Shown here piece by piece: positions 37,135 through 38,784 of a stretch of DNA of 38,784 bases (position 1 is the stretch's first letter; every line of letters begins with the position of its first letter). A model generated the notes under the pieces. The model had not been told where the DNA came from. It made no database searches and worked only from the letters and a program-made list of their open reading frames with translations. The DNA lies in NCBI GenBank assembly GCA_017610385.1, contig JAFCCC010000008.1, forward strand, positions 1 to 38,784, read 5' to 3'. This DNA is from Candidatus Nanohalarchaeota archaeon (lineage in GTDB: Archaea > Nanohalarchaeota > Nanosalinia > Nanosalinales > JAFCCC01). Both the position numbers and the translations under genes were made by a program.

Positions 37135-37722
37135 CGGGAAAATTTCTTTGTAGGTCTTATAATCTATTATTGTACTTGTTCTTATTTGTTCTAAGTGTTC
37201 TTTTAGTTCATCATGTTCTGGAAAAATTAAATTCTTTGCCCAGAAAAATGCTGCGGCATAGGCGGCCGTTGTAGATATTGCAGGAAACCATAAAAGATCT
37301 CCACTTGCGCCCTGCAAAACAAGTTCAGTAGTTTTGACACCTAGAAAGGTACTAGAGGAAATCAAAGCTAAATTTAGAAGTTTTGATAGGGCTAATCCAA
37401 TTTCTCTCCTTTGATACTTGTGGTGAATTAGATCGTATAACGCCAATGTAGCGTTTCTTGCTATTTGTGGGTCCTCTATTCTTCCTGCAGCTAAAAATAA
37501 AGGATAAATTTCTTGTTCTTCTGAAGTTAGATAGGAGGAAATTGCGGGCCGCATAAAATCTTCATCTAAGAAACGTTTTATATCCGAATAAGCTCTTAAT
37601 GTGCCCAATTGCTTATGTGTTTCTGTATCTGGTGTATATAATATTCCAAAGGGAGTTTCATCCCATGCAGATAAAAGTTTATTGGGTTTTATTGGTGTTT
37701 TTATGTAAGTCATTTCACTCAT
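37129..37722 (-). CDS. Hypothetical membrane protein
   Basis: 197-aa ORF with two hydrophobic segments; no recognised motif. Confidence 0.6.
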   Translation of the reverse strand: MSEMTYIKTPIKPNKLLSAWDETPFGILYTPDTETHKQLGTLRAYSDIKRFLDEDFMRPAISSYLTSEEQEIYPLFLAAGRIEDPQIARNATLALYDLIHHKYQRREIGLALSKLLNLALISSSTFLGVKTTELVLQGASGDLLWFPAISTTAAYAAAFFWAKNLIFPEHDELKEHLEQIRTSTIIDYKTYKEIFPL

Positions 37723-37900
37723 TTAAATCATTTTTGGAGCTATCTGAGAATCTAGAAAAATTTTCTTGATTTAACATTTAATTGCTCTATTGAAATTATG
37801 TGTAGAAAAATAAATAAATCTTTGTATCATATTAATTTTTTATTTACGCGAACCATAACCTTTATATATTTGTATTTACATACACAAAACTAGTGAGATT

Positions 37901-38314
37901 ATGCCTGTTTATTTCGAAGTAGATGATATGATAAGAAAGATGAGGGAAAGCTTTAGAGAAATGCAGAGAATTAGTTTGCCTTTTTCGTCAAGTCAATTAT
38001 TTCCAATAGATTTAGAAAATAGAGAAAAGAAATTAATTTTGAAAGCAGATATTCCGGGATTAAATAAAAAAGACATTACCGTCAAAGCGACACCAACAGA
38101 ATTAATGATTTCAGCGAAAAGCTCTCAAGAAATCAGAAAAGAATCTGGAAATTATCTTCGACAAGAACGAAAATCTAGACAATTTAAAAGAATTCTAAAT
38201 CTTCCTTCGGAAATAAATCCTGACAAAATTATAGCCAAATATCAGAACGGAGTTTTGGTTATTGAAATGGAAAAAATGAAAGATATCTTCAAAAGAGATG
38301 TAAATATTGAGTAG
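37901..38314 (+). CDS. hsp20: Small heat shock protein (Hsp20/alpha-crystallin)
   Basis: PIDL...ADIPGLNKKDI...RQER...F.R...LP.EI.P....AKYQNGVLVI; TTTATATA at 37861-37868. Confidence 0.95.
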   Translation: MPVYFEVDDMIRKMRESFREMQRISLPFSSSQLFPIDLENREKKLILKADIPGLNKKDITVKATPTELMISAKSSQEIRKESGNYLRQERKSRQFKRILNLPSEINPDKIIAKYQNGVLVIEMEKMKDIFKRDVNIE

Positions 38315-38336
38315 TTTTTTTCACCTTTCTCTTTTT

Positions 38337-38784
38337 TTATTTTAAAAAGTTTGGAAGGGATCTTTCTGAGTAAATTTTTTCTGGATCATATAACCAACTA
38401 GGTTTAAGTTCAATTACTTTTCTAGAAACCAGCCCATTTAAGGATCCAGGTAATCGAATAAGATCTGTTTCTCCAATAGTTATTTTAGAATTAATACCAA
38501 ATTTTTTATCTACTTTTTTTGCCAAGACTGCTCTTTCCGTTGGATTCAGTTCAAATGCAAAATCATCTAGAACATGAATATGAATACTTCTCCCTGAAAA
38601 AATTATTTTGACATTATCAAAGTGATTTTTTAATAAAGAATAAAGATCACTTGCTTGATTACAACTAGTTTCAAAACAATCTTTACAAAATGAAAGTTTG
38701 CGGCCTTTTTCTGGCAGATATTTTTTTCTTATATTACATTTTAAACAATCAACATTATTTGGGTCAATATCAAAAATTAATTCT
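38337..38784 (-). CDS. 5'-truncated archaeo-eukaryotic primase small-subunit-like protein
   Basis: Frame is open to the window edge: ELIFDIDP (motif I), CLKC...CKDC zinc site, FSGRSIHIHV (motif II), LIRLPGSLNG. Confidence 0.85.
   Translation of the reverse strand, partial: ELIFDIDPNNVDCLKCNIRKKYLPEKGRKLSFCKDCFETSCNQASDLYSLLKNHFDNVKIIFSGRSIHIHVLDDFAFELNPTERAVLAKKVDKKFGINSKITIGETDLIRLPGSLNGLVSRKVIELKPSWLYDPEKIYSERSLPNFLK

Overview
AT-rich archaeal chromosomal DNA, most consistent with a DPANN-type lineage. The evidence is archaeal Dph5, Trm5/Taw2, Pelota, P1/L12, AlaRS and ACD-alpha, BRE/TATA promoters, and Cys-rich surface proteins. Bases 1-9170 hold a tightly coupled cluster of about 10 class III signal peptide (pilin-like) genes. 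Two carry the same Cys-rich stalk tipped with different intact proteases (papain C1A, gingipain-like C25), and one is frameshifted. Bases 9.2-14.6 kb encode coiled-coil and paralogous membrane proteins, including two small ORFs the track missed. The rest is housekeeping and surface-protein genes, a tRNA-Ser(GCT) with a 69-nt BHB intron, and a partial PriS-like gene. The main finding is a 31-nt intron (35838-35868) inside a protein-coding gene of the COG2403-type GTPase family. It folds into a canonical bulge-helix-bulge, and its predicted tRNA-endonuclease cut sites exactly restore the frame and the conserved GAAGRD|FHNFN motif, implying mRNA splicing outside the known cbf5 case. All family assignments come from motif recognition, not database searches.
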